The notes beneath the pieces were generated by a model. It had not been told where the DNA came from. It saw only the letters and a list, made by a program, of their open reading frames with translations, and made no database searches. From the NCBI GenBank assembly GCA_027492035.1, contig JAOZFT010000032.1, forward strand, positions 7,170 to 71,169: a DNA stretch of 64,000 bases. Reading direction: 5' to 3'. Positions within the stretch are counted from its first letter, which is position 1. Every line of letters begins with the position of its first letter. The stretch is from Thermoproteota archaeon. Lineage in GTDB: Archaea > Korarchaeota > JAOZGF01 > JAOZFZ01. Positions 19,725-28,905 of the stretch are shown piece after piece. The position numbers were made by a program, and so were the translations under genes.

Positions 19725-21422
19725 ATGTGTAGGGGAATAAACTTGTTTAATTCCAAAAAAATTGATGAAATGAAAAAGAGCATAGACAAGTGGGAAAAAA
19801 CTACTTTAGAAGAATCCTTGAAGCTTAAAAGTGAGAGGAAAAAGGAATTCTTCACTTCTTCAAACATAGTGGTTAAAAGGGTTTATACTCCCCTAGATAT
19901 TGCAAACAAAGACTATCTAAAGGAAATAGGTTTACCTGGAGAATACCCTTTCACAAGAGGGATTCATGCCACCATGTACAGGGCCAGAATATGGACAATG
20001 AGGCAGTTTGCAGGTTTTGGAACAGCCGAACAAACGAATAAAAGATTTAAATACCTACTTCAACATGGAGAGACAGGTTTAAGTGTAGCTTTTGATTTTC
20101 CAACTTTGTGCGGGTACGATTCAGATGATTTAATGTCTAAGGGGGAAGTTGGAGCTTGTGGAGTAGCAGTTGACACTTTGAAAGACATGGAAATACTGTT
20201 TGAAGGGATTCCCTTAAATAAAGTAACTACAAGTATGACTATTAACGGCCCTGCAGCAACTATTTGGTCCATGTACATAGTTACTGCTGAAAAACAAGGT
20301 GCAAAAAAGGAAGAACTCGGCGGCACAATCCAAAATGATATCTTAAAGGAGTATATGGCACAAAAGTCATTTATCTTTCCTCCTGAGCCCTCGCTTAAAC
20401 TGGTGGTTGACACAATAGAGTATGCTTCAAAATACCTACCTAAATGGAACCCTATAAGTATTAGCGGCTACCATATAAGGGAAGCTGGAGCTAACGCTGT
20501 TCAAGAATTAGCTTTCACTTTAGCTGATGGATTAACATATGTTGAAGCCACTTTGGAGAGAGGTTTAAAAGTTGATGACTTCGCTCCACGCTTATCTTTC
20601 TTTTTCGCTTGCCACAATAACTTCTTTGAAGAAATAGCTAAGTTCAGGGCTGCAAGAAGGATATGGGCTAGAGAAATGAAGGAAAGATTTCAAGCCAAGA
20701 AGAAAAGAAGTTTATGGTTAAGGTTTCATACCCAAACCTCAGGTTGCACATTAACAGCCCAACAACCTTACAACAACATAGTAAGGGTTGCTATTCAAGC
20801 TTTGGCTGCTGTGCTTGGGGGTACTCAAAGTTTACACACTAACAGCATGGATGAAGCATTAAGTTTACCTACTGAATTCGCTGTAAGAATAGCTTTGAGA
20901 ACGCAGCAAATAATAGCCCATGAATCAGGCGTAACTGATACAATAGATCCGTTAGGGGGGTCATATTATGTTGAATGGTTAACTGATAAAATGGAGGAGG
21001 AATGTTACAAATACTTTGACAAAATAGATAAGCTAGGAGGGGTTGTGGAGGGAATAAAAAGAGGGTTTTTCCAAAAAGAAATTGCTAATTCAGCTCATAA
21101 GTATCAAGAAGGTATAGATAAAGGGGAGATAATAGTGGTTGGTGTTAACGGCTACGCAACTGAAGAATTAATGCCTGTTCCCATTTTCAGAATTGAGCCA
21201 GAAGTTGAAAAGAAACAAATTGAAAGGTTAAAAAGGGTTAAAATGGAAAGAAATAGTAAGAAGGTTGAGGAAGCTATTGATCAACTTAAAAAAGCCGCTG
21301 AAAAAGAAGAAAACCTTATGCCTTACATAATAAATGCAGTGAAAGAGTATGCAACCTTGGGAGAAATCACTAAAGCTTTAAAAGAAATTTATGGAGAATA
21401 TCATGAACTACTAATTTACTGA
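19725..21422 (+). CDS. Methylmalonyl-CoA mutase large (catalytic) subunit, paralog 1
   Basis: 565 aa with the (beta/alpha)8 mutase core motifs (RGIHATMYRARIWTMRQFAGFGTAEQTNKRFKYLL; [21 protein letters not shown]). Confidence 0.9.
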   Translation: MCRGINLFNSKKIDEMKKSIDKWEKTTLEESLKLKSERKKEFFTSSNIVVKRVYTPLDIANKDYLKEIGLPGEYPFTRGIHATMYRARIWTMRQFAGFGTAEQTNKRFKYLLQHGETGLSVAFDFPTLCGYDSDDLMSKGEVGACGVAVDTLKDMEILFEGIPLNKVTTSMTINGPAATIWSMYIVTAEKQGAKKEELGGTIQNDILKEYMAQKSFIFPPEPSLKLVVDTIEYASKYLPKWNPISISGYHIREAGANAVQELAFTLADGLTYVEATLERGLKVDDFAPRLSFFFACHNNFFEEIAKFRAARRIWAREMKERFQAKKKRSLWLRFHTQTSGCTLTAQQPYNNIVRVAIQALAAVLGGTQSLHTNSMDEALSLPTEFAVRIALRTQQIIAHESGVTDTIDPLGGSYYVEWLTDKMEEECYKYFDKIDKLGGVVEGIKRGFFQKEIANSAHKYQEGIDKGEIIVVGVNGYATEELMPVPIFRIEPEVEKKQIERLKRVKMERNSKKVEEAIDQLKKAAEKEENLMPYIINAVKEYATLGEITKALKEIYGEYHELLIY

Positions 21423-21829
21423 ATTAGGAATTCTGCACTCTAATAAACTAATTTTTTAGGCCATGTTCCGCATACTGCATAACTTCACTGTTTTTTGGTT
21501 CAGTTTTTCTTTATAATTCCCTCTGCAGCAGATAAATTTATAGTGAAGCGTCATAGAACTTGTATTTAGGTTTCAGGTTTTCTTTAAGCCCTTTTTTCTG
21601 GCGTTATTAACATCTTCATATTTAGCCAATTCATAACTTAGAACCTTCAGTCTTGACCAGCTTCTTCAAAATAAATACTACATTTTTGGGAAACTTCCAC
21701 AACTTTAAATCTACTTCTCTTGCTTTATTTGACCCGGTGTAGGAAAATTGTTTTAAGGAGAGTTTTAACTGGTAGGAACTTATCTTGGAATATAAAAACG
21801 TTCATTTATAATATCTTTAAGTTTTTTAA

Positions 21830-22411
21830 ATGAACAAAATGGAATTGATCAACATAAAGATTTTTTGCGGGTGTAGTGGAGTGAAGAAACTTAAGAAGGG
21901 CCTTGTCCAAGTTTATACAGGTAACGGTAAAGGTAAAACAACCGCTGCTTTAGGTTTGGCTTTAAGGGCTTTAGGTCACGGTTACAGGGTTTGTATGGTT
22001 CAATTTATGAAAGGTGGGATAAGGTACGGTGAAATAGAGATTGCTAAAAAACTTGACAATTTTGAGGTTAAGAGTTTTGGGAGGCCTGAATTTGTAGATA
22101 AAAACAATCCAGAAGAAATAGATATAAAATTAGCCCATGAAGCTTTAAACTACGCCTCTGAAATAATTAAATCTAGGAAATGTGACATAGTGATCCTAGA
22201 TGAAATTAATGTCGCCCTCGAGTGGAAACTCATAAAGCTAGGTGATGTCCTAGATATATTAAAAAGTAAACCTGAAGATGTAGAAATTATTTTGACAGGT
22301 AGATACGCCCCTAAAGAAATAATTAACTTAGCTGATTTAGTTACTGAAATGAAAGAAATTAAACATCCTTACCAAAAGGGTGTAAAGGCTAGGGAAGGGA
22401 TAGAGTTTTAG
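21830..22411 (+). CDS. cobO: Cob(I)alamin adenosyltransferase (CobA/CobO/BtuR type)
   Basis: P-loop YTGNGKGKTTAALG followed by VQFMKGG, both conserved in CobA. The true start may be an internal Met. Confidence 0.85.
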   Translation: MNKMELINIKIFCGCSGVKKLKKGLVQVYTGNGKGKTTAALGLALRALGHGYRVCMVQFMKGGIRYGEIEIAKKLDNFEVKSFGRPEFVDKNNPEEIDIKLAHEALNYASEIIKSRKCDIVILDEINVALEWKLIKLGDVLDILKSKPEDVEIILTGRYAPKEIINLADLVTEMKEIKHPYQKGVKAREGIEF

Positions 22412-22456
22412 AGGGAGAAAGAAGCTTTCTTTAACCTCTTCAATCCATTTTCTTTG

Positions 22457-22807
22457 TCAAGTTGCTGGTTTGAATTTGAAACCATAAACTTCTTTACTGT
22501 CTATTTTTCTCAGAAAACCCCATACTGGCTTCATCTTCATTCCTATTTCGACATTTTCTGAAGTTAATTGCCCAGTTGCTCTAACCCCGTTTTCAAATTC
22601 AACAATGCCTAAAATTAAGGGTTTCTCTTCAACTCCTTTAGGTGTAGCGTAAAGTTTGGTATAAGTTATTAGTTTGCATTTGTCACCTAGTTCGACTTTT
22701 TCGAATTCTCGAGAGTCACAGTTCATACACACAGCATGTTTAGGGTAATATATCCTTCCGCAACGCTTACACCTGTATCCAATCATCCTCTTTTCTGTTT
22801 CATTCAT
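22457..22807 (-). CDS. DUF35 Zn-ribbon/OB-fold protein (thiolase partner)
   Basis: 116 aa with a CKRCG...CMNC zinc ribbon then an OB-fold-like C-terminus, immediately downstream of the thiolase gene as in archaeal thiolase/DUF35 pairs. Confidence 0.75.
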   Translation of the reverse strand: MNETEKRMIGYRCKRCGRIYYPKHAVCMNCDSREFEKVELGDKCKLITYTKLYATPKGVEEKPLILGIVEFENGVRATGQLTSENVEIGMKMKPVWGFLRKIDSKEVYGFKFKPAT

Positions 22808-22810
22808 TTC

Positions 22811-24046
22811 TTAATCCCCTCTTTTTAAAACGAAAGCTACAACGTTACTTCCGAAACTGAAAAAGTTACAGGAGAAACCTATTTCAGCGTTTTCAACCTG
22901 CCTTTCCCCAGCTTCGTTTCTAAGCTGCCAGACTAACTCCACTATTTGTGCAGCCCCTGTAGCTCCTACAGGATGGCCTCGTGCTTTCAATCCACCCGAG
23001 GGGTTAATTGGTATTTTTCCACCTATTTCTGTTAACCCTTCTTCTAAGGCCTTATGTCCTTCTCCCTTTTTAAAGAAACCAGCTTCTTCGCTTTCAGCTA
23101 TTTCAAGTATGGTGAATGCGTCATGCAGCTCAGCTACATCTACATCTTTAGGTTCAACCTTAGCTATTTCAAATGCTTTCTTAGCTGCTATTCTTAAAGA
23201 TTTAATTTCTGTCGGATCCTCTCTTTCGTGGACAGCTTGAACCTCTGTAGCCTGGCCAAAACCTATTATTTCAACAGGTGTGTCAATGTATTTCTTTGCT
23301 TCCTCTAATGGGCATAGAATAACTGAGGCTGCGCCGTCACTTACGGGGCAGCAATCATAAAGTCTTAGGGGGTCAGCTATAACTGGGTTTTTTATTCCGG
23401 ATTTTTCAGGGTATAGTATGTCGTCAACAGTTACTGCTTTATGTATGTGTGCATAAGGGTTTTTTAAAGCATTTTTATGGTTTTTTGCTGCAACCATTGC
23501 TAAATGTTTCCTTTCTACACCGTATTTATGCATGTAAAGCCTGGTAAACATTCCAGCTAAAGAAGGTAATGTTACTCCTTGTGCATATTCAGCTTCAGGA
23601 TGAGTCATGGTAGCTATGAAATCAGTGATTTCATTTCCAGTTGTAACCCTCATTTTTTCACCTGCAGCCACTAATACTTTGTCAAAATAACCTGAAGCCA
23701 CTGCCAAAAAACCATTTTTTATGGCTGAAGAACCTGAAGCAGTTCCGTTCTGTACGGTGTCAACAGCTGCTGGTAAAAGGTTTAAGTTGGCTGTTAAAGC
23801 TGTAGCTAAACCTGTTTGGTGATTAAGCAATAAACTACCCATGTTTCCCACATAAACAGCATCTATTTGTTTATTGTCTAAGTTTGAGTCATCTAAAGCT
23901 TTTAAAGAAGCTTCAGTTAAAAGATCCATCAAGGTTGCATTTTCGTGTTTACCGAATTTAGTCATGCCGCACCCAATTATTGCCACTTTCCTCATTTTCT
24001 TTCTTACCTCCCAGGGAAATGGATAAGAATGGTCACTTACCTTCAC
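22811..24046 (-). CDS. Thiolase-family acyl-CoA C-acyltransferase (SCP-x/archaeal type)
   Basis: 411 aa; N-terminal active-site Cys region (VAIIGCGMTKFG) and C-terminal GHPVGATGAAQ motif. Confidence 0.8.
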   Translation of the reverse strand: MKVSDHSYPFPWEVRKKMRKVAIIGCGMTKFGKHENATLMDLLTEASLKALDDSNLDNKQIDAVYVGNMGSLLLNHQTGLATALTANLNLLPAAVDTVQNGTASGSSAIKNGFLAVASGYFDKVLVAAGEKMRVTTGNEITDFIATMTHPEAEYAQGVTLPSLAGMFTRLYMHKYGVERKHLAMVAAKNHKNALKNPYAHIHKAVTVDDILYPEKSGIKNPVIADPLRLYDCCPVSDGAASVILCPLEEAKKYIDTPVEIIGFGQATEVQAVHEREDPTEIKSLRIAAKKAFEIAKVEPKDVDVAELHDAFTILEIAESEEAGFFKKGEGHKALEEGLTEIGGKIPINPSGGLKARGHPVGATGAAQIVELVWQLRNEAGERQVENAEIGFSCNFFSFGSNVVAFVLKRGD

Positions 24047-24199
24047 TTTTTAAATTTTCCCTTTAATTCCTCCCTGTTTTGTTGGAATAGAAAACTTTTT
24101 TAAGTGAAGGGAAGAGAATTTCTTTGTTCACTTATTTAACGCTCTGTTGTCACATTTTTTTCAATGAAGGTTTTTGGAGGCTTATAAAGGGTATAAATA

Positions 24200-25885
24200 A
24201 TGAATAGGAGCAATTTAGAAAAAATAAGTAAGGGCAAAAAGGAATGGGAGGAAAAACAATTGAAGAACCTTTTGAAGAAAGCACCTGAAAGAAAGAGTGT
24301 TTTCAAAAATTCCTCAGGAATAGAAGTGGGAAGGGTCTACACCCCCCTTGAGATCCAAGGTTTTGATTACTTAACCAAGTTAGGCTTCCCCGGCAGTTAC
24401 CCTTACACTAGAGGCCCCTATGCAACAATGTATAGAGGCAGGTTATGGACCATGAGGCAATACGCCGGCTTCGGAACAGCTGAAGAAACAAATAAACACT
24501 TCAAATACTTGCTGAGTCAGGGTCAGACAGGTTTAAGTGTAGCTTTCGACTTGCCTACACAGATAGGCTACGACTCTGATCACCCCTTAGCTAGAGGGGA
24601 AGTAGGGAGGGTGGGTGTAGCTGTTGATTCATTAAAAGACATGGAAATACTATTTCAGGGGATTCCTCTGGACAAAGTAAGCACCTCAATGACAATTAAT
24701 GCACCCGCCAATGTGTTATTGGCGATGTACTTAACCCTAGGGGAAATGCAAGGTATAAATAGATCTCTTTTAAGAGGAACTGTTCAGAACGACATATTGA
24801 AGGAATACATTGCTAGGGGAACCTACATCTTTCCTCCAACACCCTCACTGAAAATAGCTGTAGATGTTTTTGAATTTTGTTCGAAAGAAATGCCTAAATG
24901 GAACTTCATAAGCGTAAGTGGCTACCATATGAGAGAAGCTGGGGCTAATGCTGTTCAAGAATTAGCTTTCACTTTAGCTGATGGGTTAGCTTACATAAAT
25001 GCTGCTTTAGAAAGAGGTTTAAAAATTGATGACTTTGCTCCCAGGATCTCCTTCTTTTTCGCTTGCCACAATAACTTCTTCGAAGAAATAGCTAAGTTCA
25101 GGGCTGCAAGAAGGTTGTGGGCTGAAATTTTAAAGGAAAAGTATTCTCCAAAGAAAGAAAGATCCTTACTTATGAGGTTCCACACTCAAACCTCAGGTTG
25201 TACATTAACTGCTCAGCAGCCTATGAACAATATAATACGTGTAGCTTATCAAGCTTTGGCTGCTGTGCTTGGGGGTACTCAAAGTTTACACACTAACAGC
25301 ATGGATGAAGCCCTATGTTTACCCAGTAAACAATCAGTTAAGATTGCTTTAAGAACTCAACAAATCCTAGCTTATGAAACAGGCGTCTCTGACACTATAG
25401 ACCCCTTAGGTGGATCCTATTACCTTGAATGGTTAACTGATGAATTAGAAGAAAAAGCTAGGAAGTATATTGATGAAATAGAGGAAATGGGGGGAATGGC
25501 GAAAGCTATTGAGAAAGGATTTATCCAGAAGGAAATACTTGAAACAGCTTATCACTACCAGAAAGAAATAGAGAAAGGAGAAACTGTAGTTGTGGGAGTG
25601 AATAAATTCAAGGAAGAAAGGGAAGAAATAAAAATTGAAATTTTCAACGTTTCAAAACTTGAAGAAACAGCTAAAATGCAAATTAAAAAACTTCAAATAG
25701 TTAAAAGAGAAAGGAATAAGTCTAAGGTTGAAGAGGCATTGTGTAAACTAGGTAAAGCGGCTGAAAAGAATGAAAACCTTGTACCTCCAATAATTGAGGC
25801 AGTTAAAGCTTATGCCACTTTAGGAGAAATATGTGGTGTGTTAAGAAACATTTATGGGGAGTATAGAGCCCCAAATATTCTTTAA
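24200..25885 (+). CDS. Methylmalonyl-CoA mutase large (catalytic) subunit, paralog 2
   Basis: 561 aa, roughly 70% identical in protein to the ORF at 19725-21422, with several 40-60-nt stretches of perfect nucleotide identity. Confidence 0.9.
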   Translation: MNRSNLEKISKGKKEWEEKQLKNLLKKAPERKSVFKNSSGIEVGRVYTPLEIQGFDYLTKLGFPGSYPYTRGPYATMYRGRLWTMRQYAGFGTAEETNKHFKYLLSQGQTGLSVAFDLPTQIGYDSDHPLARGEVGRVGVAVDSLKDMEILFQGIPLDKVSTSMTINAPANVLLAMYLTLGEMQGINRSLLRGTVQNDILKEYIARGTYIFPPTPSLKIAVDVFEFCSKEMPKWNFISVSGYHMREAGANAVQELAFTLADGLAYINAALERGLKIDDFAPRISFFFACHNNFFEEIAKFRAARRLWAEILKEKYSPKKERSLLMRFHTQTSGCTLTAQQPMNNIIRVAYQALAAVLGGTQSLHTNSMDEALCLPSKQSVKIALRTQQILAYETGVSDTIDPLGGSYYLEWLTDELEEKARKYIDEIEEMGGMAKAIEKGFIQKEILETAYHYQKEIEKGETVVVGVNKFKEEREEIKIEIFNVSKLEETAKMQIKKLQIVKRERNKSKVEEALCKLGKAAEKNENLVPPIIEAVKAYATLGEICGVLRNIYGEYRAPNIL

Positions 25886-25901
25886 AAAAGGGTGAAAGAT
25901 A

Positions 25902-26300
25902 ATGTTTAAGAAGATAGACCATATTGGAATAGCTGTCAAAGACCTTGAAGAAACCATGAAAAAATTTAAGGATGTTTACGGTTTAGAACTGCATAAAGTA
26001 AGGGAAGTGAAGGATCAAAAAGTGAAAATTGCAGTTTTTAAAATAGGTGAAACCAAAATAGAACTTCTTGAACCAACCGAAGAAGAAAGTGCAGTTGGAA
26101 GATTTATTCGAAAAAGAGGGGAAGGTTTCCATCACATAGCTTTTCAAGTTGAAGATTTAGGATCTACATTGGAAAAAATTGAGGGGGCAGGCATAAAAAC
26201 AGTGACTGATAAGCCGACTTTAGGCTACGAAAACCACAAAATCATTTTCTTGCATCCAAAAACAACTAACGGCGTATTAATAGAACTTGTGGAAAAGTAA
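25902..26300 (+). CDS. Methylmalonyl-CoA epimerase (glyoxalase/VOC family)
   Basis: 132 aa; N-terminal IDHIGIAV and a later HHIAFQV metal-binding motif typical of MCE. Confidence 0.8.
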   Translation: MFKKIDHIGIAVKDLEETMKKFKDVYGLELHKVREVKDQKVKIAVFKIGETKIELLEPTEEESAVGRFIRKRGEGFHHIAFQVEDLGSTLEKIEGAGIKTVTDKPTLGYENHKIIFLHPKTTNGVLIELVEK

Positions 26301-26440
26301 AAAACTAAGTATTCTTCCTAAATTCTTTTCCTTACCTTTTAAAGTGGGTTTTTCCTTTAATTCAATATTAAGAAAAACTTTTAAAAAAGAAGATATGAAA
26401 ACAGGTTATTCATTTAACTAGGAAAAAAAGGTGATCTGTA

Positions 26441-27715
26441 TTGGCTTCTTCAAGCATTAAGGAAGAGATAGAAAAGGCAAATCAGGAATCTGTTACAAGA
26501 ATGATGGAGTCAGATCCACTGTGGGTCGATATAGGATTTGCTAAGAAAGTAATTCCGGGAATGAAGGATTATAAACTGATACATGCAGGTCCCCCAATTG
26601 AATGGGAAAGAATGAGCGGACCCATGAGAGGGGCAATAATAGGTGCTATACTCTACGAAAAGTGGGCTGAAACACCTAAAGAAGCTGAGGAATTAGCTAA
26701 GTCAGGTAAAGTTAGTTTCGAACCTAACCATCACTATAACGCAGTAGGTCCCATGAGCGGGGTTATTTCCCCAACTATGCCAGCAATTGTTCTGAAAGAT
26801 AAAAAGTATGGGAACCAAACCTATTCTCTCCTTAATGAAGGAATAGGGAAAGTGCTCCGTTACGGCGGCTACGACAAGGAAGTAATAGATAGGTTAAACT
26901 GGATAAGAGACGTCTTAGGCCCAGTTTTAGAAGCTACAATAAAGGAAGTAAAGAAGGAGAAGGAAGGTGTAGCTTTAAAACCAATTATGTCGCAGGCTCT
27001 CCACATGGGTGACGAATGCCATAACAGACATGTAGCTGCTACTTCTCTCTTCCTGAGGGAAATAATTCCTTACATGATGCAGACAAGGTTAGACAAGAAA
27101 GACCTAATTGATGCATACAACTTCATGAACAAAAATAACTTCACTTTCCTAGGGTTCGCTATGGCTGCAGCTAAGGCAATGACTTTAGCAGCTCACAATA
27201 TTAAGTACAGTACAATAGTGACTGTCATGAGTAGGAACGGTACAGACATAGGTATTTGGGTTAGTGGTTTAGGTAATGAATGGTTCACTGCACCAGCTCC
27301 TGTACCTAAGGGTGTTTGGTTCCCAGGGTTCAGTGAGAAAGATGCTAACCCTGATCTAGGAGACAGCGCCATAATGGAAACAGCTGGTATAGGAGGATTT
27401 GCTATGGCGGCAGCACCCGCGATTGTAGCCTGGGTTGGAGGATCTGTTTCCTTCGCTGTTGAAAACACTAAAAAGATGCAAGAAATCTGTTACACCAAAC
27501 ATAAATACTTCACCATACCCTATCTTGAATTTGAAGGAACCCCTACAGGCGTAGATATAAGAAAGGTTGTGAAGACAGGGATAACTCCAACTATAAACAC
27601 AGGCATTGCTCACAAGGAAGCAGGAATAGGTCAAGTGGGGGCAGGAATTGTGAAATTCCCAATGAAGATGTTTAAAGATGCGTTAAAAGCCTTTGCAGAA
27701 AAATATGGGTTATAA
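26441..27715 (+). CDS. DUF1116-like protein (YlbE/AllG-like, putative oxamate carbamoyltransferase component)
   Basis: 424 aa, matching the size of E. coli YlbE. Assigned by gene context (FdrA-like, DUF2877-like and carbamate kinase neighbours); I could not confirm a family motif by eye. Confidence 0.4.
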   Translation: MASSSIKEEIEKANQESVTRMMESDPLWVDIGFAKKVIPGMKDYKLIHAGPPIEWERMSGPMRGAIIGAILYEKWAETPKEAEELAKSGKVSFEPNHHYNAVGPMSGVISPTMPAIVLKDKKYGNQTYSLLNEGIGKVLRYGGYDKEVIDRLNWIRDVLGPVLEATIKEVKKEKEGVALKPIMSQALHMGDECHNRHVAATSLFLREIIPYMMQTRLDKKDLIDAYNFMNKNNFTFLGFAMAAAKAMTLAAHNIKYSTIVTVMSRNGTDIGIWVSGLGNEWFTAPAPVPKGVWFPGFSEKDANPDLGDSAIMETAGIGGFAMAAAPAIVAWVGGSVSFAVENTKKMQEICYTKHKYFTIPYLEFEGTPTGVDIRKVVKTGITPTINTGIAHKEAGIGQVGAGIVKFPMKMFKDALKAFAEKYGL

Positions 27716-27766
27716 AACCCATCCCTTATTCTTTTTTGCCTACAAAAATATGCGAAAGACCGATTT

Positions 27767-28729
27767 TTGATGCATTTAGAAAGTATTGGCGAAATAGCTT
27801 TAAATGAAATAACCAAGTCAGAAGGGGAAAGTAAATTAGGGACAGTGTTGAACGTTTTCAAATCCACAGCCTACATAAAAACAATAAGTAATGAATTAAT
27901 TATATTAACCACCCTCCCCTTAAAATCCCCTATAACCATGAACTTAAACTATAGAGGTAACCTTAAATCTGTTTTAAAACCTTTAGCAAAAATTAAAGTA
28001 AGGGACGGTAAACTTCAAACAAATGGTTTCACAGCATCTTTAGTTGAAGCCAAAAAATATGTTGTTCAAAAACAATGCCTTAACGCTGATGTATTGTTTT
28101 CTATTCTGGAAAAAGATTTCCGAAACATCCTTTCTCTCTTAAACCTTGAACTTTATAATGCATCAATTACTTGGTTAAAAACTTATCAAGTAGTTACCGA
28201 AAAGTTTATGGAGTGTCTTAACGAAACTAAAAAATTGAAAAATAATTTACAGAACTCAATTTTAAATTTTTTAACTAAAATTATAGGGTTAGGGCCTGGT
28301 TTCACCCCTTCAGGGGATGACTTTGCGGCAGGTTTTCTTTTCATATTCAACACCTTTTCTCCCTTACTCAAACTTAAAAAAATAAAAATAAGCAATAGTA
28401 TCCTCTTCTCCCACACAAATTGGGTTAGTGGAAAAATAGTAGATTATATACAGCGAGGTATTGCTGATGAAGTGCTTTACAAGGTTCTTTGCTGCTTAAA
28501 GAACCTTCAAAGGAATTCTTTAACAGATTCCTTCCTAGACCTGATTTCAAGGGGTCATACCACCGGAGTAGATCTTGCGATGGGGTTTCTTGCAGCTATT
28601 TCCTTTCTACAAGATACTGCCTATAACTCAAGTTTAACTTCTAAACTGATCCTTTTCTTGCTTGAAAATACAAAGCAAGTTTTGTTTGTTGGGGGAGATG
28701 GGAACCTAAGGAAATTACCTAAGAACTAA
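27767..28729 (+). CDS. Hypothetical protein, possibly DUF2877 (YlbF/AllH-like)
   Basis: 320-aa soluble protein directly downstream of the DUF1116-like gene. Assignment is by size and context only. Confidence 0.3.
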   Translation: MMHLESIGEIALNEITKSEGESKLGTVLNVFKSTAYIKTISNELIILTTLPLKSPITMNLNYRGNLKSVLKPLAKIKVRDGKLQTNGFTASLVEAKKYVVQKQCLNADVLFSILEKDFRNILSLLNLELYNASITWLKTYQVVTEKFMECLNETKKLKNNLQNSILNFLTKIIGLGPGFTPSGDDFAAGFLFIFNTFSPLLKLKKIKISNSILFSHTNWVSGKIVDYIQRGIADEVLYKVLCCLKNLQRNSLTDSFLDLISRGHTTGVDLAMGFLAAISFLQDTAYNSSLTSKLILFLLENTKQVLFVGGDGNLRKLPKN

Positions 28730-28905
28730 AACATTTATCTTTTTTCAGGGAGGAAAAGTAAACATTTAAAAATGAAGCCTTTCCTGTGAAAGGGTATTAC
28801 CCATACTCCCCTACAATTCCTTTAATGAATGTCTCAGGGGGAAAACATGTTAAAGAACTGTTTTTCTTATTCTGAAAAGGGTGAAGTAATGCAGGTGAAA
28901 TTTAT

